A stretch of DNA of 64,000 nucleotides from an uncultured Mollicutes bacterium (GTDB lineage Bacteria; Bacillota_I; Bacilli_A; RFN20; CAG-826), in assembly GCA_900540365.1 (NCBI GenBank), contig UQFN01000003.1, forward strand, positions 21,139-85,138, given 5' to 3'. Position numbers and translations under genes: made by a program. The first letter of the stretch is position 1; every line of letters starts with the position of its first letter. A model generated the notes under the pieces. The model saw only the letters and a program-made list of their open reading frames with translations. It ran no database searches and was not told where the DNA came from. Positions 47,927 to 58,252 of the stretch are shown here, piece after piece.

Positions 47927-48565
47927 ATGATAAAATGTTTTAATTTCGATAATGATTTTAATGAATTTAGTGCAAATACATATGTTGTTGGTGAAAAATC
48001 TAAATCATGTGTCATTATAGATTTAGGATCAACATCCAAAAAAATTATTAATTTTATTAAAGAAAACTTTATTGAAGTTAAAGCAATTTTATTAACACAT
48101 GCTCATTTTGATCATATAAGAGGAATAAATAAATTTTTAGAAGAATTTAAAGATGTTCCTGTTTATATCGATATAAATGATTATGAACTATTAAAAGATA
48201 GTCGACTTAATTGTTCTTTACTTGCTAATGAACCTTTATTAGTTAAAACTAATAACATCATTACTTTTAAAAATAAGGACATCTTAAATTTCGATGATTT
48301 GAATGTATATCAAGTTTATGAAACCCCATTTCATACTGAAGGAAGTGTTTGTTTCTTAAATGCTAAGCTAAATGCTTTATTTAGTGGAGATAGTTTATTT
48401 AAAGGAAGTATTGGTCGATATGACCTTCCAACTTCTAATAAAAATGACATCAAAAGCAGTTTAGAAATTATCAAAGAATTTGATGAAAATTTAATTGTTT
48501 ACCCAGGTCATGGCGAAATTACTACAATTAAAGAAGAACTTAAAAACAATTATTATTTACAATAA
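47927..48565 (+). CDS. Metallo-beta-lactamase fold hydrolase
   Basis: LTHAHFDHIRG motif. About 210 aa, glyoxalase II-like in size. Confidence 0.8.
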   Translation: MIKCFNFDNDFNEFSANTYVVGEKSKSCVIIDLGSTSKKIINFIKENFIEVKAILLTHAHFDHIRGINKFLEEFKDVPVYIDINDYELLKDSRLNCSLLANEPLLVKTNNIITFKNKDILNFDDLNVYQVYETPFHTEGSVCFLNAKLNALFSGDSLFKGSIGRYDLPTSNKNDIKSSLEIIKEFDENLIVYPGHGEITTIKEELKNNYYLQ

Positions 48566-48580
48566 AAGGAGGAAAATACG

Positions 48581-49141
48581 ATGAGTATTAATGTTACTGA
48601 ATTAAGACCAGGAAATTATTTTTTAGAAGATGGCAATATTTATTTAGTTTTAGATATTTTATTAAATAAAACTGCTATGAGAAAAATGGTTGCTAAAGTC
48701 AAAATTAAAAATGTTAGAACCGGATCAATTACTGATATGAGTGCTAATAGTGGTTATCAAGTTGAAACAATTCGTTTAGAGAAAAAGAAAATGAATTATT
48801 TATACGATGGTGGCGACTTTTTAGTCTTTATGGATAATGCAACTTATGAACAAGTTGAAATCCCTCAAGAAAGATTAACTTGGGAAAAACAATTTTTAAC
48901 AGAAAATCTTGAAGTTGAAATTGTTGCTTATGAAGATGAAATTCTTGGAATTAATTTACCTGCAAAAGTTACTTTAAAAATCGTTGAATGTGAACCAGCT
49001 GTTCGTGGCGATACCGTTAATAAAGCCATGAAAGATGCTATCTTAGAAACTGGCTTAAAAGTTAGAGTTCCATTATTTGTTAATAATGGTGATAGTGTCC
49101 TTGTTAGAACTGATACTGGTGACTATGATGGTCGTGCTTAA
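48581..49141 (+). CDS. efp: Elongation factor P
   Basis: N-terminal LRPGNYF...G..Y.V, KPG-like loop region, three OB domains by length. Confidence 0.93.
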   Translation: MSINVTELRPGNYFLEDGNIYLVLDILLNKTAMRKMVAKVKIKNVRTGSITDMSANSGYQVETIRLEKKKMNYLYDGGDFLVFMDNATYEQVEIPQERLTWEKQFLTENLEVEIVAYEDEILGINLPAKVTLKIVECEPAVRGDTVNKAMKDAILETGLKVRVPLFVNNGDSVLVRTDTGDYDGRA

Positions 49142-49162
49142 TATATTAAGGAGAATAGTAGT

Positions 49163-49381
49163 ATGTTGACATGGTGGGCTTGTTTACTTTGGTGTTTATT
49201 AACATTAGTAATAGGACTAGTTGCTGGATTCTTTGGTGCTAGAGCTTACTTTAAAAAACAAATTAGAGATAATCCTCCTATTAATGAAAAAATGATTAGA
49301 GCAATGTTTAATCAAATGGGAAGAAAACCTAGTGAAGCACAAATAAGAGCTGTTATGAACAGCATGAAAAATCAACAATAG
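49163..49381 (+). CDS. yneF: UPF0154 small membrane protein (YneF-like)
   Basis: One TM segment followed by NPPINEKMIRAMFNQMGRKPSEAQI. Near plsY/parEC, as in Bacillus. Confidence 0.8.
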   Translation: MLTWWACLLWCLLTLVIGLVAGFFGARAYFKKQIRDNPPINEKMIRAMFNQMGRKPSEAQIRAVMNSMKNQQ

Positions 49382-49406
49382 TTAATTAAATTAAATTAAT
49401 AAAATA

Positions 49407-49437
49407 AAAATAGTAGCCTAATGGTTACTATTTTTTT
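49407..49437 (+). terminator. Intrinsic terminator after yneF
   Basis: AAAATAGTAGCC-TAAT-GGTTACTATTTT. The G-U pair exists only on the plus strand. Followed by a T-run. Confidence 0.75.
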
Positions 49438-49444
49438 ATTACAA

Positions 49445-49477
49445 TAAATATACTAATAAATTACTAAAAAATTACTA
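49445..49477 (-). repeat. 11-bp-phased TAGTA array (3 units)
   Basis: Minus strand TAGTAATTTTT TAGTAATTTAT TAGTATATTTA, starting 1 nt after the plsY stop. Confidence 0.85.
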
Positions 49478-49478
49478 T

Positions 49479-50237
49479 TTATTTCATCCAAGTAATTTTT
49501 GATTCTGTATTGTTTTGTAAACGTTTAATATTTGAACGATGACGGACAACTAAAATTATAAAGCCAATTGTCATAACAATGGGGAAATAAATACATATTT
49601 CAGGACCTTGACCAAACCATAATAAATTATCAATTACTGAAGTATCTAAAGTCACAGCATATGTAATATATAATGTCCAACTAAACAAAGTAAAAGCAGC
49701 TGTAGAAATAATTGAAGATAAACTAACATGTTTCTTTAATTTTAAAAATCCAAAAAATAAAGCACCACATAAAATAAATGTATTATAACTTATGCAACAA
49801 GCAGTAGCTAAATAAGAAGAAACTGCCTTTCCGCCTTTAAAATTAAGAAAAATACTATAACAATGACCTAAAATTGCTCCTAATGCAGTTAAATACACTC
49901 CAAATTGACATAATGTATTACCTCTACCAAATACATTTAAAGTCGTATCGTTATAGTAACCCATGATATTTTTTAAGCCATCACAATAATAAAAACAAAA
50001 AAATGCTATATAAATTGGAATAACTGTTTTAAGTCCATCTAATAAAATAACAATTACTCCAATAGTTTTTCCCAAAACTCTACCAGCATTAGTTCCACCA
50101 GGATTTTTACTTCCTTCTTGCATGATGTCTTTATGGAAAAAATATTTTGCTATTAAAACACTATTAGGAATGCTTCCAAAAATATATCCTAGTAATAAAA
50201 AAGCGATAAATATTAAAATTTGCAAGAATATTTCCAT
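49479..50237 (-). CDS. plsY: Glycerol-3-phosphate acyltransferase PlsY
   Basis: GSKNPGGTNAGRVLG motif. Polytopic membrane protein. Confidence 0.9.
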   Translation of the reverse strand: MEIFLQILIFIAFLLLGYIFGSIPNSVLIAKYFFHKDIMQEGSKNPGGTNAGRVLGKTIGVIVILLDGLKTVIPIYIAFFCFYYCDGLKNIMGYYNDTTLNVFGRGNTLCQFGVYLTALGAILGHCYSIFLNFKGGKAVSSYLATACCISYNTFILCGALFFGFLKLKKHVSLSSIISTAAFTLFSWTLYITYAVTLDTSVIDNLLWFGQGPEICIYFPIVMTIGFIILVVRHRSNIKRLQNNTESKITWMK

Positions 50238-50317
50238 AAAATCATTCTATTATTTGATTAAGAAAAAATCTAGAAATATATTTTATTTTTATATAAAATA
50301 TAAAAATGGTGAATATA

Positions 50318-52258
50318 ATGAAATTACAAGATAAAGAATATAATGCAAGTAGTATTGAATATTTAACAGGCCTGCAAGGCGTTAGAAAAAGACCTGCAAT
50401 GTATATAGGAAGTACCAATATATATGGTTTACATCATTTAGTTTGGGAAATCGTTGATAATGCTGTTGATGAAGCTTTAAATGGCTTTGGTAATAAAATT
50501 ACGGTTATTATGCGTAAAGATGGTAGCATTAGTGTCATTGATGAAGGTCGTGGTGTTCCTGTTGATATTCATAAACAAACAAAAATGCCTGCTGTTCAAT
50601 TAATTTTTACAACTTTACATAGCGGTGGTAAATTTTCTGAACAAGCTTATAAAACTAGTGGTGGACTTCATGGAGTTGGTAGTAGTGTTACTAATGCTTT
50701 AAGTCTATTTTGTGATGTTGTTGTTTATAAAAATAATAAAATTTATCATATTAGATTTGAAAACGGTGGTAAAGTTGCAGTTCCTTTAGAAGAACTAGGT
50801 CCAACAACAAAACATGGAACAATGGTCACATTTAAACCTGATCCAAAAATATTTGAAACTGTAGATTTTAAATGGGATATGATTTATAACCATCTGCAAG
50901 AATCCGCATTTTTACTTAAGAAAGTTCATTTTATATTAAAAGATGAAAGAACTAATAGTGAAGCTGATTTTTATTATGAAAAAGGTTTAAAAGAATATAT
51001 AGATACATTAAATAGTACTAAGCAACCTTTAGGTCCAGTTATTGATTTTGAAGAAACTATCGATGATATTAGTATCGAAATTGCTCTTCAATATTCACAA
51101 AATGAATATAATGAAATCATTTATAGTTATGTAAATAATGTTCGTACTCGTGATGGTGGTACGCATGAATCAGGCTTTAGAAGTGGTATTACAAAAGCTG
51201 TTAATGATTTTGCCGAAACTAATAGTTTATTAAAAAATAAAACTAAACTTGATGGAAGTGATGTTCGTGAAGGATTAACTGCAGTTATTTCTTTAAGAAT
51301 GCCAGAAAATACTGCTCAATTTGAAGGTCAAACTAAAGGAAAATTAAATACTCCTCAAGCTCAAAGTGCTGTAAGCAATTTAACTTATACTAAATTTACC
51401 TATTATTTAAATGAAAATAAGGAATTTGCAGTTAATTTAATTAAAAAATGCCTTGATAGTCAAAGAGCTAGAATTGCTGCTAGAAAAGCTAAAGATGAAG
51501 CTCGTTCTAATAAAAAAACTAAAGAAACTTTGCTTTTAAGTGACAAATTAACTCCAGCTCAAGGCAAAGATTATAAATTAAACGAATTATTTATTGTTGA
51601 AGGAGATAGTGCTGGAGGAACTGCTAAAAAAGGAAGAGATGCTAAATTTCAAGCAATTTTACCTTTAAGAGGTAAACCTTTAAATACTGATTCAATTACA
51701 ATTGATAAGCTTTTAAAAAATGAGGAAATTTCAACATTAATTAATACAATTGGTGCTGGTTATGGTCAAAATTTTGATTTAGATGATGCTCATTATGGAA
51801 AAATAATTATTATGACCGATGCTGATACTGATGGGGCGCATATTCAAACTTTATTATTAACTTTCTTCTATAATTATATGAAACCATTAATTACTAGTGG
51901 AAAAGTTTATGTTGCTGTTCCACCTTTATATCGAATTTATAAAGAAACAAATAGTGGTATTAATTATCGCTATGCTTGGAATGATAATGATCTTGAAGAA
52001 GCCAAAAAAGAAATTGGTAAAGGCTATAAAATTAATCGATATAAGGGTCTAGGTGAAATGAATGCTAATCAATTAAAAGAAACAACTATGGATCCTCGAC
52101 ATCGTTTATTAATTCAAGTAGGAATTGAAGATCCATTAAATGTTGAAAAGAAAATTTCAATTTTAATGGGCAAAAATCCAGATTTAAGAAAAAAATGGGT
52201 TGAAGAAAACATTGATTTTAATGAAAACGATGAATTTGTTAAGGAGGTAATTAAATAA
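50318..52258 (+). CDS. parE: DNA topoisomerase IV subunit B
   Basis: GHKL ATPase and TOPRIM motifs (LHHLVWEIVDNAVDE, EGDSAGG, PLRGK). The partner subunit lacks a GyrA box. Start 50318 (GGTG SD) preferred over 50306. Confidence 0.75.
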   Translation: MKLQDKEYNASSIEYLTGLQGVRKRPAMYIGSTNIYGLHHLVWEIVDNAVDEALNGFGNKITVIMRKDGSISVIDEGRGVPVDIHKQTKMPAVQLIFTTLHSGGKFSEQAYKTSGGLHGVGSSVTNALSLFCDVVVYKNNKIYHIRFENGGKVAVPLEELGPTTKHGTMVTFKPDPKIFETVDFKWDMIYNHLQESAFLLKKVHFILKDERTNSEADFYYEKGLKEYIDTLNSTKQPLGPVIDFEETIDDISIEIALQYSQNEYNEIIYSYVNNVRTRDGGTHESGFRSGITKAVNDFAETNSLLKNKTKLDGSDVREGLTAVISLRMPENTAQFEGQTKGKLNTPQAQSAVSNLTYTKFTYYLNENKEFAVNLIKKCLDSQRARIAARKAKDEARSNKKTKETLLLSDKLTPAQGKDYKLNELFIVEGDSAGGTAKKGRDAKFQAILPLRGKPLNTDSITIDKLLKNEEISTLINTIGAGYGQNFDLDDAHYGKIIIMTDADTDGAHIQTLLLTFFYNYMKPLITSGKVYVAVPPLYRIYKETNSGINYRYAWNDNDLEEAKKEIGKGYKINRYKGLGEMNANQLKETTMDPRHRLLIQVGIEDPLNVEKKISILMGKNPDLRKKWVEENIDFNENDEFVKEVIK

Positions 52259-54840
52259 TGGCTAAAAAGAAAGTTATTGAAACTCCTGATTATAAAGAAA
52301 ATATTCAAAATCAATCACTTGATTTTGTTATGGGCGATCGTTATGCCGTATATGCAAAATATGTCATTCAAGACCGTGCTATTCCAGATGCTCGAGATGG
52401 CTTAAAGCCAGTTCAAAGACGTATTATTTATTCGATGTATCAAAATGGAAATACATATGATAAACCAAATAAAAAATGTGCTACCATCGTTGGAGCAGTA
52501 ATGGGTAAATTACATCCTCATGGTGATACCTCAATTTATGATGCTTTAGTTAGAATGTCTCAACCTTGGAAAATGAATATGCCTTTAATTAGTTTCCAAG
52601 GAAATAATGGAAGTATCGATAATGATGGACCAGCTGCATATAGATATACAGAAGCTAAACTTAATGAATTTGCAATGAATTTAGTTCGTGATATCGATAA
52701 AAACACTGTTGATATGACTTTGAATTTTGATGATACTGAACTTGAGCCAATTGTTTTACCATCAAGATTTCCAAATTTATTTGTAAATGGTAGTGAAGGT
52801 ATTGCAGTAGCAATTGCAACTGAAATTCCTCCACATAATTTAAATGAAATTATTGATGCTGCAATTTATCGTATAAATAATCCTTTATGTCGAATTGAAG
52901 AATTACTCGAATTTGTTAAAGGTCCAGATTTTCCTACTGGAGGAATAATTTATGATTCCGAAGGTTTAAAAGATATTTATTATTATGGAAAAGGTAAAAT
53001 TGAAATTGCTTCTAAAGTTGAAATTAAAGAAGAAAAAGATGCTAATTATTTAATTATTACTGAAATTCCTTATAAAGTAGTTAAACAAGACCTTGTTTTT
53101 AATATTGATAAAATAAGAAAAAGTCGTGATATAGATGGAATCGTTGAAGTTTTAGATGAATCTGCTAATGATGATATTAAGATTGTTGTTGAACTTAAAA
53201 AAGAAGTTGATCCTAATATTGTTCTTACCTATTTATATAATAAGACTCAACTAAAAGTTAATTATTCAGCAAATATCGTAGCAATTTCCAATGATCGTCC
53301 AAAAACTTTAAATTTAGTTAGTTATTTAGATACTTATATTAATCATCAAGTTGATGTAGTTACTCGTAAATCTAAATACGAATTAAAAGTATGTGAAGAT
53401 CGTTTACATATCGTTGAAGGTTTAATAAAAGCTGTAAGTATAATTGAACAAGTAGTTGATACAATTAGAAAAAGTAAAGATAAAGCTGATTCTAAAAAGA
53501 ATTTAATAGAAAAATTTGGTTTTAGTGAAGTTCAAGCTGAAGCTATTGTAATGATGCATCTTTATCGTTTAAGTAATACTGATATTACAACTTATTATAA
53601 AGAAAGAGATTCCTTAACTGCTAATATAAACGAATTAAAGTCAATTTTATCTAATGATAAGAAGTTAAGAAAAATTATTATTAAAGATTTAACTGCAATT
53701 AAAGAAAAATATGGCGTGAATCGTAAAACTTTAATAACTTCAGAAATTAAAGAAGTAAGTATTGATAAACGAGACTTAATTATTAAAGAAGATGTATATG
53801 TTGTTATAACTAAAGCAGGTTATGCAAAAAGAACTAGTTTAAAGTCTTATAAAGCTAGTAATAATGCAATGACTGGAGTAAAAGAAGGAGATTCAATTGT
53901 TTTACAAACTATTGCTAATACTGCTGATTATATCCTTGCTTTTACTGATAAAGGTAATTATTTATTTATTCCAGTTAATGAATTAAATGACATTAAATGG
54001 AAAGATGAAGGTAAACATATTAATAGCTTTATTACTTTACCAGTTGATGAAAATATTATTCGCTGTATTGTTGTAAAAGATTTTAATAAAAATGTTTCAA
54101 TTGCCTTAGTAAGCAAAAACGGACAAATTAAGAAAACTTTATTAAAAGAATTTTTTGCAACTAGATATACTAAACCAATTAGTTGTATGCGTTTATTAAA
54201 AGATGATAATGTCGTTGATGTTAGTGTTTGTAATGGTAATAGTAATTTATTTATTATTACAAAATCTGGCAATGCCACATATTTTAATGAAAATGAAATA
54301 TCTAATCTTGGCTTAAAAACTAGTGGAGTTAAGGCAATATCTACTTTAAAAAATAGTACGATTAAATGCTTATTTTCATATCGTCAAAACGAAAAAGGAA
54401 AGATCTTATTGTTAACACAAGAAGGAATGTATCGTATATTTGATATTTCAAATCTTGAATTAACATCTAGATTAGGTAAAACTCAAACAGTATTTAAATC
54501 ATTTAAGAGTGATCCACATAATTTAATATATGCAACTAAAATTCAAAATAAGAATGAACCAGTCGAAATTACTGCTTTAATGAGTGATAATTCGATTAAA
54601 ACATTTAAAATTGATGATTTATATTTAACTCCAATTGTAAAAATGTGTCGTAAAAACTTAGATTTCCCTGACAATTTAACAATCAAAAATGTTTACTTTA
54701 ATAATGTTCAAGTAATTGATGATAAAACAGTTGAAGAAGCTGCACCAGTATTAAAGGAAACTAAAGAGCAAACTAACAAGGATTCATCAGAAAACACTGT
54801 AGACTATGAGCAAATCTCAATATTTGATGATTTGGATTAA
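52258..54840 (+). CDS. parC: DNA topoisomerase IV subunit A
   Basis: Active-site region AAYRYTEAKL. No QRRGGKG GyrA-box where one would be expected (YKASNNAMTGVKEGD). plsY-parE-parC synteny. Confidence 0.75.
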   Translation: MAKKKVIETPDYKENIQNQSLDFVMGDRYAVYAKYVIQDRAIPDARDGLKPVQRRIIYSMYQNGNTYDKPNKKCATIVGAVMGKLHPHGDTSIYDALVRMSQPWKMNMPLISFQGNNGSIDNDGPAAYRYTEAKLNEFAMNLVRDIDKNTVDMTLNFDDTELEPIVLPSRFPNLFVNGSEGIAVAIATEIPPHNLNEIIDAAIYRINNPLCRIEELLEFVKGPDFPTGGIIYDSEGLKDIYYYGKGKIEIASKVEIKEEKDANYLIITEIPYKVVKQDLVFNIDKIRKSRDIDGIVEVLDESANDDIKIVVELKKEVDPNIVLTYLYNKTQLKVNYSANIVAISNDRPKTLNLVSYLDTYINHQVDVVTRKSKYELKVCEDRLHIVEGLIKAVSIIEQVVDTIRKSKDKADSKKNLIEKFGFSEVQAEAIVMMHLYRLSNTDITTYYKERDSLTANINELKSILSNDKKLRKIIIKDLTAIKEKYGVNRKTLITSEIKEVSIDKRDLIIKEDVYVVITKAGYAKRTSLKSYKASNNAMTGVKEGDSIVLQTIANTADYILAFTDKGNYLFIPVNELNDIKWKDEGKHINSFITLPVDENIIRCIVVKDFNKNVSIALVSKNGQIKKTLLKEFFATRYTKPISCMRLLKDDNVVDVSVCNGNSNLFIITKSGNATYFNENEISNLGLKTSGVKAISTLKNSTIKCLFSYRQNEKGKILLLTQEGMYRIFDISNLELTSRLGKTQTVFKSFKSDPHNLIYATKIQNKNEPVEITALMSDNSIKTFKIDDLYLTPIVKMCRKNLDFPDNLTIKNVYFNNVQVIDDKTVEEAAPVLKETKEQTNKDSSENTVDYEQISIFDDLD

Positions 54841-54841
54841 T

Positions 54842-54885
54842 AAGTAATTATTTAGTATTAAATTAGTAATATTATAGTATTAAAT
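54842..54885 (+). repeat. 11-bp-phased TAGTA array (4 units)
   Basis: AAGTAATTATT TAGTATTAAAT TAGTAATATTA TAGTATTAAAT, starting 1 nt after the parC stop. Units 2 and 4 are identical. Confidence 0.85.
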
Positions 54886-54948
54886 ATTTTTATTATTTTT
54901 GAATAAATACTGTTATATTTTAAGACTGTTTATTATATAATAATAAAG

Positions 54949-55482
54949 ATGAAAAAAATATTGCCCTTTGCACATGCAAAATGTGTTTACGATATTAATC
55001 CAGATTTTTTTAAAAAGATGAACGTCAAATATATTTTCTTAGATTTAGACAATACTTTAGCAACTCATAAAACATTAGTACCTTCAAAAGAAACATTATC
55101 ATATATTAAAAAATTAAAAGAAAACGACTTAATTCCAATAATAATTTCTAATAATAAAGAAAGTCGCGTTAAAACTTTTGCTGATAAGTGCGATGTTAAC
55201 TATATTTATAAGACATGTAAGCCTTATACTTTTAAATTAAATAAATTTTTAAAGGTTAATAATATATCGAAAGAATATGTTATAATGATAGGTGATCAGT
55301 TATTAACTGATATCAAATGTGCAAATAGGTTAGGGGTAAAATCAGTATTAACAGAAAAATTGTGGTCAGGAGATCAACTTATTACTAAATTCACTCGTTG
55401 GTTGGACACAATTAAACGTAATAAATTAAGGAAAGATAATCAACTAATTGATTGGGAGGTAATTTATGGCCGAATTAAATAA
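54949..55482 (+). CDS. yqeG: YqeG-family HAD phosphatase
   Basis: DLDNTL motif, GDQLLTD, synteny with yqeH. Confidence 0.85.
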   Translation: MKKILPFAHAKCVYDINPDFFKKMNVKYIFLDLDNTLATHKTLVPSKETLSYIKKLKENDLIPIIISNNKESRVKTFADKCDVNYIYKTCKPYTFKLNKFLKVNNISKEYVIMIGDQLLTDIKCANRLGVKSVLTEKLWSGDQLITKFTRWLDTIKRNKLRKDNQLIDWEVIYGRIK

Positions 55483-56602
55483 AGTTTCAAGATGTTATCG
55501 TTGTGGTGCAATATTACAAACCGATGATCCAACAGCAGATGGATATATTTCTCCAGAAATAGTTGATAAATATCCAGAAGGATTACTTTTATGTAATCAT
55601 TGTTATGAAAATGAACGTTTTAATGATCATCCACAAGAAGCTCGATTTGAAGATGATTTTCAAACTATTTTAAATAACATTAAGAAAACTAATGGACTTA
55701 TTGTTTACGTTGTTGATTTATTTAGCTTTGAAGGAAGCTTTATTTCTAAATTAAATGATGCAATAGCAGGACTTGATGTATTAGTTGTTGCAAATAAACG
55801 TGATTTAATGCCTAAAAATGCTAATGATGAACATTTACTTAAATATGTAGCACATCGTTTAAGAGTAGCTAAATTAAATGTTAAAGAAGTAGTTTTAGCT
55901 TCTTCAAGTACTAATTATAATATTGATGTAATGTATGAAAAAATAATCGAATTAGCTAATAATCGAGATGTTTTCTTTATTGGTGCAAGCGTTTCTGGTA
56001 AAAGTAGCCTTATTACCGGACTTTTAAAAAGATTTAAAAATCAAACTCGTATTCCAATTACTGTTTATACATTTAAAGATACACAAATTAGAGGATACCG
56101 TATCCCAATTACTAACAAGAATTCAATTTATGAATTACCAGGTACTGATATTAATAATAGTATGCTTAGTAAAGTTGAAAGATCTGTTCAAAATGCAATT
56201 ATGCCTAAAAAAGCGGTTGTTGCTAAAAAAATTAACTTGCTAAAGAGATATTCAGTTGCTCTTGGTGGTTTAGCAATTATCGAATTAATTAATGGAAAAA
56301 ATACACCAGCTCATTTTTATGTAAGTAGTTCAGTAAATGTTAGAACTAGAAGATGGAATTCTGAAAAACATTTAAAATATATTTTATCGAAACATAATAA
56401 TAAGCCATGTAGCAATAATTTTATAAATACAAATGAATTTGATGCATATGATTTCCATATTACTGAAGAAGGAAATCGTGATATTGGTATTGCTGGTTTA
56501 GGGTGGTTTTCTTTTAAAGGAAACGATCAAACATTTAGAATATTTGTTCCAAAAGGAGTCTACGTTTATACTTCACGTAGTAAAGTAATCAATGATAAAT
56601 AA
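55466..56602 (+). CDS. yqeH: Ribosome biogenesis GTPase YqeH
   Basis: N-terminal CxRC...CxxC zinc finger. Circularly permuted GTPase (NKRDL then GASVSGKSS). Confidence 0.88.
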   Translation: MAELNKVSRCYRCGAILQTDDPTADGYISPEIVDKYPEGLLLCNHCYENERFNDHPQEARFEDDFQTILNNIKKTNGLIVYVVDLFSFEGSFISKLNDAIAGLDVLVVANKRDLMPKNANDEHLLKYVAHRLRVAKLNVKEVVLASSSTNYNIDVMYEKIIELANNRDVFFIGASVSGKSSLITGLLKRFKNQTRIPITVYTFKDTQIRGYRIPITNKNSIYELPGTDINNSMLSKVERSVQNAIMPKKAVVAKKINLLKRYSVALGGLAIIELINGKNTPAHFYVSSSVNVRTRRWNSEKHLKYILSKHNNKPCSNNFINTNEFDAYDFHITEEGNRDIGIAGLGWFSFKGNDQTFRIFVPKGVYVYTSRSKVINDK

Positions 56603-56891
56603 TAAGCAAAAAGCAGAATTAAAAAGAATTGCTCATAGCACCCAATTAGTTAAATTTAATATTGGAAAAGATGGAATTGATGCTAATGTTTTAAAAATGC
56701 TTAGAAATGCTTTTGATAAATATGAATTAGTGAAAGTGGCTTTTTTAAAAAGTTCTCTTGATAATTTTAATTTTGAAGAAATGATTATTGATTTGAGTAG
56801 TAGTTTAAATGCAACAATTATTCAAAAAATAGGTAAAACAATTATCTTATATAAAGAAAATAAAAAAATAAAAAATCATATTGTTCTTTAA
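56592..56891 (+). CDS. yhbY: CRM-domain RNA-binding protein YhbY/YqeI
   Basis: KQKAELKRIAHS...IGKDGID...ELVKV pattern. Confidence 0.85.
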   Translation: MINNKQKAELKRIAHSTQLVKFNIGKDGIDANVLKMLRNAFDKYELVKVAFLKSSLDNFNFEEMIIDLSSSLNATIIQKIGKTIILYKENKKIKNHIVL

Positions 56892-56896
56892 TTTTT

Positions 56897-57997
56897 ATGG
56901 AAAATAAGCAGAAAATCATTATTTTTGGTGGATCTTTTGACCCAATACATAATTCACATATTACATTATGTAAATATTCAAAAGATTTAATTAATGCTGA
57001 TAAGCTTATTTTAGTTCCTAGTAAAAATCCTAGATGGAAATCTCCAACAGAAACAATTTCTGATCGTTTAAATATGATTAAATTAATATTAAATGATTAT
57101 CATTTAGATTATGAAATAGAAGAATGTGAGGTTAATTCTTGGAAAGATGTTGATTATACAATCGAAACAATCGAATATTTACAACAAAAGCATAAAAACG
57201 CTGAATTTTACTTATTAATTGGTGCTGATCAAGTAAATAAATTTAATAAGTGGCGTAAAGCTAAAGAAATAGCAGAAGCCGTGCAAATTATTTACTATCC
57301 TCGTCCTGGATATGTAATTAATCAAAATAACGTAAATAAATACAAAATGCGCTTAATTGATGGTGTTTTAGTTGATACATCTTCGACTAAAATACGTGAT
57401 TTAAATAGTTTAGATACTTCAATTTCAGTTATTAATTATATAATCGATAATAATTTATATTTCATGAATAAAATAAATAAATATTTAAGTGGAAGTAGAC
57501 TAAAACACTCGATTAGTGTAGCAAATTTAGCATATCAAGTAGCAGTAAGTAACAATTTAGAAATGCCTGGAACCTATTTTTTAACTGGTTTAATACATGA
57601 CATAGGTAAAAATGTTGATACAGTAACTAAAAAAGAGATAATGGAGAAGTACTTTAGAAAATATTCTGATATACCTGAATTTGCTTATCATCAATTTGTT
57701 GGAGTAGCAATTGCTATTAAAGAATTTGGCATTACAAATGATTTGATTTTAAACGCAATTATGTTTCATTGCACTGGAAATTCAAATTTATCTCCCTTAG
57801 CTAAAGTAATTTATGCTTGTGATAAAATTGATCCGTTAAGAGGCTATGATAGTAAATTTATGATTGATAAGCTTATGGAAAATTATGAAGATGGTTTTAA
57901 ATTAGTTGTAAAAGAAAATTACAATTATTTAAAAGAAAAATGTAAAGACTCAATTGATTTATCCTTAAGCAAAAAATGTTTTGATTATTATCTTTAG
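56897..57997 (+). CDS. nadD: Fusion of nicotinate-nucleotide adenylyltransferase (NadD) and an HD-domain YqeK hydrolase
   Basis: N-terminus GGSFDPIHNSH (nucleotidyltransferase). C-terminus HSISVANLA...GLIHDIGK (HD domain). These are two adjacent genes in B. subtilis. Confidence 0.85.
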   Translation: MENKQKIIIFGGSFDPIHNSHITLCKYSKDLINADKLILVPSKNPRWKSPTETISDRLNMIKLILNDYHLDYEIEECEVNSWKDVDYTIETIEYLQQKHKNAEFYLLIGADQVNKFNKWRKAKEIAEAVQIIYYPRPGYVINQNNVNKYKMRLIDGVLVDTSSTKIRDLNSLDTSISVINYIIDNNLYFMNKINKYLSGSRLKHSISVANLAYQVAVSNNLEMPGTYFLTGLIHDIGKNVDTVTKKEIMEKYFRKYSDIPEFAYHQFVGVAIAIKEFGITNDLILNAIMFHCTGNSNLSPLAKVIYACDKIDPLRGYDSKFMIDKLMENYEDGFKLVVKENYNYLKEKCKDSIDLSLSKKCFDYYL

Positions 57998-58040
57998 AAA
58001 AATTTTAAACGCGAAGTAGCAAAGCAAAATTACTATTTTA

Positions 58041-58073
58041 AATAAGGTTAGTAATAAGTTAACCTTATTTTTT
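58041..58073 (+). terminator. Intrinsic terminator after nadD-yqeK
   Basis: AATAAGGTTA-9nt-TAACCTTATT followed by a T-run. Confidence 0.8.
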
Positions 58074-58219
58074 AATTAATATACTACTTCGTATAATATC
58101 TATTATGTTAAATAAAGTCAAATAATATAGATATAATCGATACTTTTTTATTTTACTATTTAATTACTAACTAAATGTTGTAGATTATAATAATGACTTT
58201 TCCACACTATTTATACATA

Positions 58220-58252
58220 AAAATATACTAAATAATTACTAATTATTAACTA
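58220..58252 (-). repeat. 11-bp-phased TAGTA array (3 units)
   Basis: Minus strand TAGTTAATAAT TAGTAATTATT TAGTATATTTT, immediately after the stop of ORF 58253..58732. Confidence 0.8.

Noticed and set aside
50318-54840. Calling the type II topoisomerase pair gyrB/gyrA
   Set aside because: The A subunit lacks a GyrA-box (QRRGGKG) at the expected place in the C-terminal domain. The pair also follows plsY, as parE-parC do in Bacillus. ParE/ParC is therefore preferred, though not proven without phylogeny.
58012-58121. Possible small RNA. An 8-bp outer stem CGAAGTAG (58012-58019) / CTACTTCG (58084-58091) encloses the nadD-yqeK terminator hairpin, and a minus-strand TTGACT-17-TATTAT promoter lies at 58093-58121.
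   Set aside because: A start about 7 nt after that -10 would fall inside the outer-stem arm and destroy the pairing. The outer stem is short and A/T-rich DNA offers many such matches. No supporting terminator geometry exists on the minus strand. This cannot be supported without transcript data.
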